This document shows positions 9,201 to 16,756 of a DNA stretch of 32,000 bases, piece by piece. The translations under genes and the position numbers were made by a program. Each line of letters starts with the position of its first letter. Position 1 is the first letter of the stretch. The notes beneath the pieces were generated by a model that saw only the letters and a program-made list of their open reading frames with translations, was not told the DNA's origin and ran no database searches. The stretch comes from Candidatus Saccharimonadota bacterium (GTDB lineage: Bacteria > Patescibacteriota > Saccharimonadia > Saccharimonadales > Saccharimonadaceae): assembly GCA_023898645.1 (NCBI GenBank), contig CP060232.1, positions 60,001 to 92,000 on the forward strand, written 5' to 3'.

Positions 9201-12200
9201 TTATAGTCCAAATATATTCTTTAGTGTGTTAAGTATGATGGTCATGACGCTGTCCGATGCGTGGCCGATGATGGCCGACTGAGCTTGGCCATACGCTATG
9301 TTGCCGGCGGCATCTTTTGAAACAGGCTCAAGGCTGTAGACTTTTGACGTAGGCAAATCTGTCACGATGACGACATGCTCTGTACTTAGTCCGCTGTCTT
9401 CGGCAGTACGACTACTATAATCAGCGGCGTGTGCCCCTTCGGCATAGGCGACTTGGCTAGTGGCGGGTTCGTCGGTGTGCCAACTGACAACGACTTGGCC
9501 ACGGGCTTGTGCGCCGACGCCATGGATTGAAGGCTCGACTGTTACATTGCTAACTATCGGCGGGCGCGTGTCGAGTGCAGTGTGGAACGACTGAGTGTCA
9601 GAGGCGGCGAGGTTACCGTCGGTGTCACGAGATTGTGCTATGAGCGTGTATTCGCTGTTGTCCTGAAGGCCTCGGATGATTATTGCGTGTTGCGTCACCA
9701 TTTTTGTGTCGAGTGAGTCGACTGAACCACCACCAGCTTTCGCGTAACTGATTCCAGATGTCGACGGTACGTTGGTGTCCCAGGTAACTTTTTGCGTACT
9801 CGTGGGTACTCCCTTGACTGGCTGGAAGCGTAGGTTGCTGATACGCGGTCTTGGTGGTGTAGTGAACGAGAAGATGCTGCCGTCGTAACTATTGCCGTCG
9901 GCATCGAACGAGACAAGTTTGTAGAAGTATTTGACGCCGTCATCGAGGCCGTTTAGATCAACATTGTAGGTTGATTTGCTCAGTGAAGTGTTGACGGTTT
10001 GAACCCCGCCGAAGGCGCTCGATTTGCCGAAGTAGACAATGATTTTGCTGGAGTCTTTTGACGTAAATTGGATAGTTGCCGCGGTGAGCGATACTTTTGT
10101 CGTGGTGATTTCTTCGAGTGATGGCGCTGGTGACGTTGTGAATTGGTATTCCTGGCTAACGCCTGTGTTGCCGTCGCCGTCTGTCCACTTGGCTACGAAG
10201 TAGTAGGTGGTGCCTGCGGCCAGGTTATCGAGATCAATCTCGTGAGCGCTGACTTGGTCGGAGTTGCCGATTTCAGACGCACTATAATCGCCACTTTTTG
10301 TGCCGATGGCAATCTTTGAGTCGCTATTGCGGTCGGTGCTCCAGTCGATACGGGCTTTGCGCGTGGTGATGTTGCTCACGACAGGTTCGGCGACAAGGTT
10401 TGCTGGGGATGTGAACTTGCCTGTAGGCAAGGCGCTGACCACTGAGCCCGTCGCGCTACAGTTGTTGGTGCTGTCGCAGGCCTTTACCTGGTAGTAATAC
10501 GTTTGCTGAGTTAGACCGGCATCGATATATGTCGTACTCGTACTACTTCCGGCAAAGGTGAAGTTGGTGTTGTCAGTTGAGCGGTAGATTTTGTAGCTGG
10601 CGATGCCTGCGCCGGTATATGTAGGAGAATCCCAAGTGAGCGCCAGGCGCCAGTTGTTCGTTGACTTGATGGAAACATCGACAATGTCCATGTTAAGCGG
10701 CATGCCCGGCGATGGAGTATTGGCAGTGAAGTTTGCGGAGGCGTAGCTCGAATAGTTGATATTGCCAGACTCGTCTTTGGCGGCAATATAGAAGGTGTTT
10801 TCACCAGGCTGAGTGGCGTAGGCTGCGGGAGAGAGGTTGGAGGCTCCGGCAGTCGTGAAGCTACATGTACTTGATGACGGCAGGGTATTTACCGTGTAGC
10901 AATAAGTGAGATTGTTGACGTCACCGACAAATGTCGTAGGGGGTGACCATGTAAAGGCAAACGAGTTTTCAGTATTGCTTGACGGCGAGACGTTGACGTT
11001 TTGCGGTTCTGACGGTGCGCCACTGGTGTTGACTTTGAGGGCAGCCGACACGAAAGATGTTGTGACATTACCTGCATTGTCCCAAGTGCGGAAGTAGATG
11101 TTGTTGATGCCTTCGGCTAGATTGTCGAAATCTGGCGTTGACTGCATGGTGTATGATCCGTCGTTCGCCAAAAGATCGGTCGAGTCGCCGGTGCCACTAT
11201 GGCTGTCGCCGTACCAGGTGCCGCTGTTGCCGATGCGGTATTGCATACCGGCCAGACCTGAGTTGTTGTCTACGGGTGCATTTGGACCACTTGTTGCCCA
11301 CGTGAGTGTTGCGGCCTTGGTGTTGATGAAGCCGGATGGCGAAGTGATGTAGCCAGGATTTGCTGGTGGCGTGTTGTCGAAGCGGAAGTGGAACTGTTGC
11401 ATTGAAGAAATGACATTTCCGGCATTATCGATAGCTTTGATCGATAGGTAGTACGGTGAATCGCTGGTTGTCAGGGCTGTATTTAGGTAGCCACTTGTTG
11501 CAAGGTCGAGTTCGGTACCGGTTACCATGAATTGGCAGTGGCCGCCTGTATTGGTTGGTGAGGTGCCAAGGAGCCCCTTTGTTGTGGCCGGATCGGCAGT
11601 GTTGTCGGTGCCTACGTAGAGGCAGTAGCCTTTGATGCCGGAGTCGCTGTCGGCGGCGGCTGCCCAGGTGAAGTCGGGCGAGCCACCGTTTGTCCAGTCG
11701 TTGGACGCTAGTGCGGCGCCACCCTTGACGTGGTACGCGCTGATTGTGCCGGCATTTACCGAAGGCTCTGTGAGGTCGGATGTAGCATACGTTGTAACAC
11801 TATTGAGCGTAACTCGCTGGTCGCCATTGCCGGTGAGGACAGCTTGCCACTTGAGTCCGTCGAATGTGACGGGGAAGGTGCTTACATGAGCGTCGACAGT
11901 AGTGGCGTTGTTGGCGTCGGCGGTGCTGTTTGATGCCGACCAGGCGCTGCCGTCCCAATATAGCCATGTGGCACCATTGTCGCTTGATAGCCGGTAGGTG
12001 ATGTTGCCACCATTGGTTGTTTCGCTGGTAGTGAAGTTGTCCCAGTGCCAGACGCCAGATGCGCGTACGGCGTTTGCTAGCGTAATTGTCTCGGAGCCAC
12101 TTGAGTATGGATGTGCGTTGAAGCCAGACCTAGCATCGTTGCTGATGCGTAGCTCGTCGATCTTGCCGTTAAAGGTACCAACTGCTTTGCCATATTCGCG

Positions 12201-15200
12201 ACCGCCGTAACTACTGCCAATCAGAAGTGGTCGGCTACTGTCTGGCAACAGGACATTTGCAGATGTTTGGCTGTCGAGCGCTCCGTCGACGTAGAGCTTC
12301 ATATTGGCGCCGTCGTAGGTTGCAGCAACGTGGTGCCAGTTTGTGTCAAATGATGACTTGCTTGATTCCAGGTAGGCGTTGTTGCCCCATGACCATACCA
12401 AGGCATCGACGTTTGTCGACAGACCCGTACCTGCATAGAGCTTGCCCTTGTAGGGACTAAAGGATTCGATTTCTTCGACACCGTTTGTCCAGCCGCTGTT
12501 GATGCTGTTGCCGCCAATTTTGGACCATGTGCCGTCGCTCAGGCGCCAAACTTCTCCGTCGCCCGTGGAGTTACCAAGCCCTGCGTAAATGTCACCGTTG
12601 TAAACGGCGATAGTTTTAACTCTTTCGTAGGTGCCTGTCGTCCAGCTGCCGTTAATGTCATCGCCACCTACTTCTGTCCACGTTGAACCATCGTACTGCC
12701 ACAGTGTTGCCGATCCGGTCGCGTAGCCCATGCCGGCGTAAAGCTTGTCTCCATATGGCATCAATGATTCGACGTCTTGGTAAGTGGAGCTGTCCCAGCT
12801 GCCGTTAGTACTATCGCCACCAATCTTGGTCCAACCACTGCCGTCCCATTGCCACACTTCACCGTCGCCATTGCTCCGACCTAGACCGGCAATGAGCTTG
12901 CCGTCGTAGACCGCCAATGAGTAAACATTTTCAGCATAAGTGGTCCAGCCACCGTTTAAGCTGTCGCCACCTATTTGCGTCCAGGTTGATCCGTCCCATC
13001 GCCAGACTTCGCCGTCTCTACTGCCAGCACCCAGACCCGCGTAGAGATACCCGTTGTAGCTAGCCATAGAGTCAACTTCGCCGTAATGACTGGACGCCTG
13101 CCAGCTACTGTTGACACCGTTGCCACCAATCTTCGTCCATGAGCTGCCGTCCCATTCCCAGACTTCGCCGTCGGCCGTCGAGCCGCTGGCAGTGTTGCCA
13201 AGGCCAACGATTAAATGGTTGTCGTAGCTTGCCATGCTATATACGTACTCATACGTATTGGCGTCCCAGCTGCCGTTAATTCCTTGCCCGCCAATGAGAT
13301 TCCAGGTCGAGCCGTCATAACGGAAGACAGCAGCTGCTCCTGTAGTGTTGCCCATGCCGGCGTACAAGTAGCCGCCCTGTGCCTGCATGACTTGCACTGC
13401 CGAAAAGCCGTAGAAGCCCCAGCTATTGTTTACGTAATCACCGCCAATTTGTGTCCACGACGAACCGTCCCATGTATAGGCGAGTCCCGCACCGCCGGAA
13501 TCGTACGTGCCAGAGTAGAGTTTTCCGTTGTCATATAGTAGTGTGTTGACGATGTCGCCTTGATTGGTTGCCCAGCTACCATTGTCTCCGTCGCCACCAA
13601 TCTTTGTCCATGACGATCCGCCCCACTTCCAGACCTCACCGTCGCCGTTGCTTGTGCCTAATCCAGCGTAGAGGTTGGTGCCGTCATAGGCGAGAGAAGC
13701 GACTTGTTCGTAGCCACCACCCCAGCCACTATTAACGCCATCGCCACCAATCTTTGTCCACGACGTCCCGCCCCATTTCCACACCTCGGCGTCACCGCTG
13801 CTGTCGCCAAGACCGGCATACAGGTTGCCGCCAAAGTATCGCAAAGAGTCGACAGTTTCATAATTTGTCGTCCAGCCGCTATTGATGCTGTCGCCACCGA
13901 TCTTTGTCCATGAACTGCCATCCCACTCCCACACTTCGGCGTCGTTGGCAGATACGCCAAGTCCGGCATACAGGTGTGTGCCGTCATCAGTGAGTGCGGC
14001 GACTCGTTCAAAATTCGCCGTCCAGCCACTATTGACGCTGTCGCCACCAATCTTTGTCCATGAGCTGCCATCCCACTCCCATACCTCGGCGTCGTTGGCA
14101 GAGTTACCGATTCCGGCATAGAGTTTGCCGCCAAAGTAGTCAAGCGTCCACACCTGTTCGGCGTAATTCGTCCAGCCGCCGTTGACACTGTCGCCACCAA
14201 TTTTGCTCCATGACGAACCGTTCCATTTCCAGACTTCGCCGTCACCGCTAGACAGACCAAGACCGGCATATAGGTTGGTGCCGTCGGTAGTAAGCGAATA
14301 AACACCTTCGTATGTGTTGGCGTCCCAGCTGTTGTGTATGGATGACGGTCCGCCACCAATTTGCGTCCAGCTGCTACCGTCCCATTTCCAGACTTCGGCG
14401 TCACCCGTGTCGTTACCGATACCGTAGTAGTAGTCGGAGCCCATTTTGACGATTGCATTAACGGCACGCTTGCCGTTTTGGTCCCAGCTGCCATTTGTAT
14501 CGTTGCCACCGGCGAGCGACCAACTGTTGGCGTTTTTGTCGGCAAGCTCATAAACGACTTTGCCAGTCTCGTTGTCGTAGTACAGTTGGTAGTCGCCCTT
14601 ATCGACAATCGTTTGGCGCTGTGTGTCGCTACCGGCAGAGAAGTTGCTGCTGAACTGAGTCCAGGCTTCGATTGTGTTTTTTTGTGACAGCGACAAAGAA
14701 GGTGAGTCGGGTACACTGACGGACGACGTTGAACCATTGAGTGACAAGGCGTTGTTGAGGTTTCCTGCACTAAACGTTGCGTTACTGACGGTACCGTTAT
14801 TGCCGTTGGACGAGCTGTCCGTAAGTGTCGAGCCGGTTGATTCGTCCATGTGGTAGAGGGCGGCAGTATTTGCATCGTTGGCATAGTTTTGAGCTTTGAA
14901 CTGAGCGTCGGATCCGGGAAGCTCGATGCCAGAATCAAATGAATAATCGCTACTGTTTGAGAAATTAAATGAATCTACCAAGTCAGAGAGGGCAAAAGCT
15001 TTTTCGTAGGCGCCGAACATTGCAACGCCGACAACCAGCGAATATAAGACCAATATATATGTATGCATGTGCGAGTGGTACTTTTTGTCGTGCCATGCGT
15101 CGTACCACCGCAGTTTGCTCCGTAGGTGCTCGTGAGGACGTTTCGCTATATGGCGGTGTGTTGTTTTTACAACGGCCGCACCGGCCTTCACACCCTTGAC

Positions 15201-15329
15201 GGCAATGCGCTTGCCATGGTGAGACAAGCGTTTTGCGTGTGGTTTGGCACGCAACAAAACAGAGGAAGGGCGTTGCTTCACCCCACTATCTGTGTGTTTT
15301 GTTTTATGTTGTGTCTGTTTCACTCTCAA
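9201..15329 (-). CDS. Giant surface protein: basic N-terminus + TM, LamG split by ~14 tandem ~50-aa Asp-box-like propeller repeats, then multiple FN3 / PAP-N-like FN3 domains
   Basis: The maximal ORF reaches a TTG at 15455, but a hairpin plus T-run (15424-15443) lies inside that extension. The proposed start is TTG 15329 (AGAGGG 5 nt upstream); ATG 15068 is also possible. The TM helix is MHTYILVLYSLVVGVAMFGAY. LamG halves are 'ALYHMDESTGSTLTDSSSNGNNGTV...' and 'WHHVAATYDGANMKLYVDG...FNGKIDELRISN'. FN3-like segments end in '...YYYQVKACD' and '...TTYYFVAKWTDGDGN'. Confidence 0.85.
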   Translation of the reverse strand: MRVKQTQHKTKHTDSGVKQRPSSVLLRAKPHAKRLSHHGKRIAVKGVKAGAAVVKTTHRHIAKRPHEHLRSKLRWYDAWHDKKYHSHMHTYILVLYSLVVGVAMFGAYEKAFALSDLVDSFNFSNSSDYSFDSGIELPGSDAQFKAQNYANDANTAALYHMDESTGSTLTDSSSNGNNGTVSNATFSAGNLNNALSLNGSTSSVSVPDSPSLSLSQKNTIEAWTQFSSNFSAGSDTQRQTIVDKGDYQLYYDNETGKVVYELADKNANSWSLAGGNDTNGSWDQNGKRAVNAIVKMGSDYYYGIGNDTGDAEVWKWDGSSWTQIGGGPSSIHNSWDANTYEGVYSLTTDGTNLYAGLGLSSGDGEVWKWNGSSWSKIGGDSVNGGWTNYAEQVWTLDYFGGKLYAGIGNSANDAEVWEWDGSSWTKIGGDSVNSGWTANFERVAALTDDGTHLYAGLGVSANDAEVWEWDGSSWTKIGGDSINSGWTTNYETVDSLRYFGGNLYAGLGDSSGDAEVWKWGGTSWTKIGGDGVNSGWGGGYEQVASLAYDGTNLYAGLGTSNGDGEVWKWGGSSWTKIGGDGDNGSWATNQGDIVNTLLYDNGKLYSGTYDSGGAGLAYTWDGSSWTQIGGDYVNNSWGFYGFSAVQVMQAQGGYLYAGMGNTTGAAAVFRYDGSTWNLIGGQGINGSWDANTYEYVYSMASYDNHLIVGLGNTASGSTADGEVWEWDGSSWTKIGGNGVNSSWQASSHYGEVDSMASYNGYLYAGLGAGSRDGEVWRWDGSTWTQIGGDSLNGGWTTYAENVYSLAVYDGKLIAGLGRSNGDGEVWQWDGSGWTKIGGDSTNGSWDSSTYQDVESLMPYGDKLYAGMGYATGSATLWQYDGSTWTEVGGDDINGSWTTGTYERVKTIAVYNGDIYAGLGNSTGDGEVWRLSDGTWSKIGGNSINSGWTNGVEEIESFSPYKGKLYAGTGLSTNVDALVWSWGNNAYLESSKSSFDTNWHHVAATYDGANMKLYVDGALDSQTSANVLLPDSSRPLLIGSSYGGREYGKAVGTFNGKIDELRISNDARSGFNAHPYSSGSETITLANAVRASGVWHWDNFTTSETTNGGNITYRLSSDNGATWLYWDGSAWSASNSTADANNATTVDAHVSTFPVTFDGLKWQAVLTGNGDQRVTLNSVTTYATSDLTEPSVNAGTISAYHVKGGAALASNDWTNGGSPDFTWAAAADSDSGIKGYCLYVGTDNTADPATTKGLLGTSPTNTGGHCQFMVTGTELDLATSGYLNTALTTSDSPYYLSIKAIDNAGNVISSMQQFHFRFDNTPPANPGYITSPSGFINTKAATLTWATSGPNAPVDNNSGLAGMQYRIGNSGTWYGDSHSGTGDSTDLLANDGSYTMQSTPDFDNLAEGINNIYFRTWDNAGNVTTSFVSAALKVNTSGAPSEPQNVNVSPSSNTENSFAFTWSPPTTFVGDVNNLTYCYTVNTLPSSSTCSFTTAGASNLSPAAYATQPGENTFYIAAKDESGNINYSSYASANFTANTPSPGMPLNMDIVDVSIKSTNNWRLALTWDSPTYTGAGIASYKIYRSTDNTNFTFAGSSTSTTYIDAGLTQQTYYYQVKACDSTNNCSATGSVVSALPTGKFTSPANLVAEPVVSNITTRKARIDWSTDRNSDSKIAIGTKSGDYSASEIGNSDQVSAHEIDLDNLAAGTTYYFVAKWTDGDGNTGVSQEYQFTTSPAPSLEEITTTKVSLTAATIQFTSKDSSKIIVYFGKSSAFGGVQTVNTSLSKSTYNVDLNGLDDGVKYFYKLVSFDADGNSYDGSIFSFTTPPRPRISNLRFQPVKGVPTSTQKVTWDTNVPSTSGISYAKAGGGSVDSLDTKMVTQHAIIIRGLQDNSEYTLIAQSRDTDGNLAASDTQSFHTALDTRPPIVSNVTVEPSIHGVGAQARGQVVVSWHTDEPATSQVAYAEGAHAADYSSRTAEDSGLSTEHVVIVTDLPTSKVYSLEPVSKDAAGNIAYGQAQSAIIGHASDSVMTIILNTLKNIFGL
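12400..14530 (-). repeat. In-frame tandem array, ~14 units of ~150-156 nt (consensus GDGEVWxWDGSSWTKIGGDSVNSGWTxxYExVxSLxxYxGxLYAGLG)
   Basis: The units can be read directly in the translation. Neighbouring units are near-identical at the DNA level. For example, 13871-13950 and 14021-14100 differ at only a few positions over ~80 nt, at a 150-nt offset. Confidence 0.9.
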
Positions 15330-15423
15330 TGGAACCCTCTTGTAAATCCCACCTCTGTTAAGGTTACTTTTGAGTATACCATACTCCTTGTGCTTTCCAT
15401 ATATTATATATAGCAAATAAAAA

Positions 15424-15443
15424 GGCCACGTACGAAGACGTGG
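15424..15443 (-). terminator. Hairpin + T-run oriented on the minus strand (orphan intrinsic-terminator-like element)
   Basis: On the minus strand: GCCACGT-cttcgt-ACGTGGC followed by CTTTTTATTTG. No convincing minus-strand gene lies upstream of it. Confidence 0.4.
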
Positions 15444-15638
15444 CGCACTGCGCAAAAATTAATAAGCCATACAAATAGATGATACGCACCTTACCCTATA
15501 CCCCGAACGTCTGCTTTTTGCGGATGTTGATTTTACGCAAGTATATGAGTGGCTGTAAATTTCGTCAACCATAACTGAATATACGATTAAAGGTTGTTTT
15601 TTGAATTGCGTCCGTGCATAGTAGTAGCCATAAAGGCT

Positions 15639-16046
15639 ATGATTGAGCAAACAAAGCTGCCAACAGGATGGGATTATCATCATACTTTATACCCTCGCAG
15701 GGGGTATAAAAGTGGGGGCTTAACAAACGACTGGCGTGAGAGCCCTGCGATGATCGTGCCTATGCGCCGTATGCGAACTCAAAACGAACATCAGGGTTTG
15801 CACGACGATGTGCCACCGGAACCCCTGCCGAGCGATGCTCTGGCCGGCTACGCTCTGCGTATTTGCGAGGAGCTAGAGCAAGAGGAAATTACGGCGCTAC
15901 AAGCATTTAAATTAGTACGAGACGAGCTATATAACCTTTCAGTCAGGCGTTCGAAACGTGAGCTTGGCCACGAGGCGGTTCGGTTTGTCAGATTTTTTGA
16001 TTTGCAACGCAAGCATATGTGCGAAGTGCCTTTGCCAGGAATATAG
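15639..16046 (+). CDS. Hypothetical protein (135 aa), weak HNH-like H-H...N...H..H spacing
   Basis: ORF trimmed from TTG 15594 to ATG 15639 (MIEQTKLPTGWDYHH...). It shows coding-like composition. No family was recognised with confidence. Confidence 0.5.
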   Translation: MIEQTKLPTGWDYHHTLYPRRGYKSGGLTNDWRESPAMIVPMRRMRTQNEHQGLHDDVPPEPLPSDALAGYALRICEELEQEEITALQAFKLVRDELYNLSVRRSKRELGHEAVRFVRFFDLQRKHMCEVPLPGI

Positions 16047-16155
16047 TCAAGCAGTTCGCTTGATAGCTTGACGAACTACCCTTATATTATGTACAATTAC
16101 CTCTAGAATCCTTGTCTAAGCTTGCTCTCATGCCGCAGCTAGCGGGTTCTGTTAT

Positions 16156-16230
16156 TCCGGCGTAGCTCAGCGGTAGAGCATTCGACTGTTAATCGAATGG
16201 CCACTGGTTCGAATCCAGTCGCCGGAGCCA
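16156..16230 (+). tRNA. tRNA-Asn (anticodon GTT), CCA encoded
   Basis: Manual cloverleaf: acceptor TCCGGCG/CGCCGGA, D arm GCTC-AGCGGTA-GAGC, anticodon arm TTCGA-CTGTTAA-TCGAA, variable loop TGGCC, T arm ACTGG-TTCGAAT-CCAGT, discriminator G, CCA. Confidence 0.95.
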
Positions 16231-16269
16231 AGCAATAGCCACCCGCAAGGGTGGCTTTTGCTTGGCTCC
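16224..16269 (+). terminator. Nested hairpin terminator directly after, and partly made from, the tRNA 3' end
   Basis: Inner stem AGCCACCC-gcaa-GGGTGGCT (16237-16256) followed by TTTTG. The outer 11-bp stem is GGAGCCAAGCA (16224-16234, which includes the tRNA terminal GGAGCCA) paired with TGCTTGGCTCC (16259-16269). Confidence 0.7.
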
Positions 16270-16283
16270 CACTACGTGTTTTT

Positions 16284-16329
16284 CGAACCAGTGGCGCGAC
16301 AGCTTTAGCTGGCGCTAGCCACTGGTTCG
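16284..16329. repeat. Long inverted repeat built from the tRNA-Asn T-arm sequence
   Basis: CGAACCAGTGGC (16284-16295) is the reverse complement of GCCACTGGTTCG (16318-16329). The latter is a direct copy of tRNA positions 16200-16211. The inner CAGCT/AGCTG pair extends the stem. Confidence 0.8.
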
Positions 16330-16419
16330 GCGCAGCGCAGCGAAATTCTGGAAAAGTTTACTTTTGCCAGAATAAGCAAGCGGAGGAGCGGAGTGAAACG
16401 GAGCGATATCCAGTCGCAA

Positions 16420-16503
16420 TTATCTAATAATAATGTGAACAATAATCGTAGCCATAACACTAGCAACGATATTCAATAGAAAGTCGATGATAATATTTTT
16501 CAT
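16420..16503 (-). CDS. Candidate 27-aa hydrophobic small protein (MKNIIIDFLLNIVASVMATIIVHIIIR)
   Basis: Not in the ORF track because it is under 60 aa. AGGAG lies 5 nt upstream of the ATG on the minus strand, and a minus-strand TATAAT is at 16592-16587. The sequence is a single predicted TM helix ending in Arg. Confidence 0.35.
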   Translation of the reverse strand: MKNIIIDFLLNIVASVMATIIVHIIIR

Positions 16504-16657
16504 CTTAGCTCCTATAAAAAAGCACGTATCGGCTCTTACTTGCCGAACGCGCCTGTATCTTTTTAGGTAGCGTTGCTCCTTCTATAATTATACAGGAAAA
16601 TGATTATGTTTGGAAACGGAGGAGGCTTTAGCCGATATCCAGTCGTAAAAAGTATAA

Positions 16658-16684
16658 TTGGCACTCTTGACACGAGAGTGCCAA
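16658..16684 (+). promoter_or_regulatory. CIRCE-like inverted repeat (candidate HrcA operator) TTGGCACTC-N9-GAGTGCCAA
   Basis: Perfect 9-bp inverted repeat with a 9-nt spacer. It differs from the canonical CIRCE TTAGCACTC-N9-GAGTGCTAA by one symmetric substitution per arm. The spacer contains the hsp20 -35 box. Confidence 0.65.
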
Positions 16685-16695
16685 TTTTCTATACT
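16667..16695 (+). promoter_or_regulatory. Sigma-70-type promoter of hsp20 (TTGACA-17 nt-TATACT)
   Basis: -35 TTGACA at 16667-16672, an exact 17-nt spacer, -10 TATACT at 16690-16695. The GGAG SD is at ~16748 and the ATG at 16757. Confidence 0.7.
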
Positions 16696-16756
16696 ATATA
16701 TAGAAGCTTTTATGCTTCTCTGGAAACCATTAAAACAATGATGAAAGGAGAAAATT

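Noticed and set aside
12400-14530. CRISPR-like regular repeats
   Set aside because: All periodic arrays in the window (150-nt, ~183-nt and ~565-nt periods) are in-frame protein repeats inside long ORFs. No short direct-repeat/spacer architecture is present and there are no cas genes.
13658-14938. 426-aa minus-strand ORF in another frame inside the giant gene
   Set aside because: It is a frame-shifted reading of the same tandem repeat array (low-complexity, Thr/Ala/Arg-rich, itself periodic). It has no independent start signals, whereas the main frame gives coherent domain repeats.
15360-15400. AAGGAG followed by an out-of-frame ATG (an 18-codon uORF) upstream of the giant gene
   Set aside because: The SD-to-ATG spacing is only 1 nt, too short for efficient initiation.
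15459-15683. 74-aa minus-strand ORF ending just before the orphan terminator
   Set aside because: The sequence is Cys/Tyr-rich and implausible, and it overlaps the divergent + gene. It was kept only as a hint that a non-coding transcript may end at the hairpin.
16284-16420. Possible second (split or intron-containing) tRNA gene
   Set aside because: Only T-arm and 3'-end fragments are present. No acceptor 5' strand, D arm or anticodon arm can be drawn.
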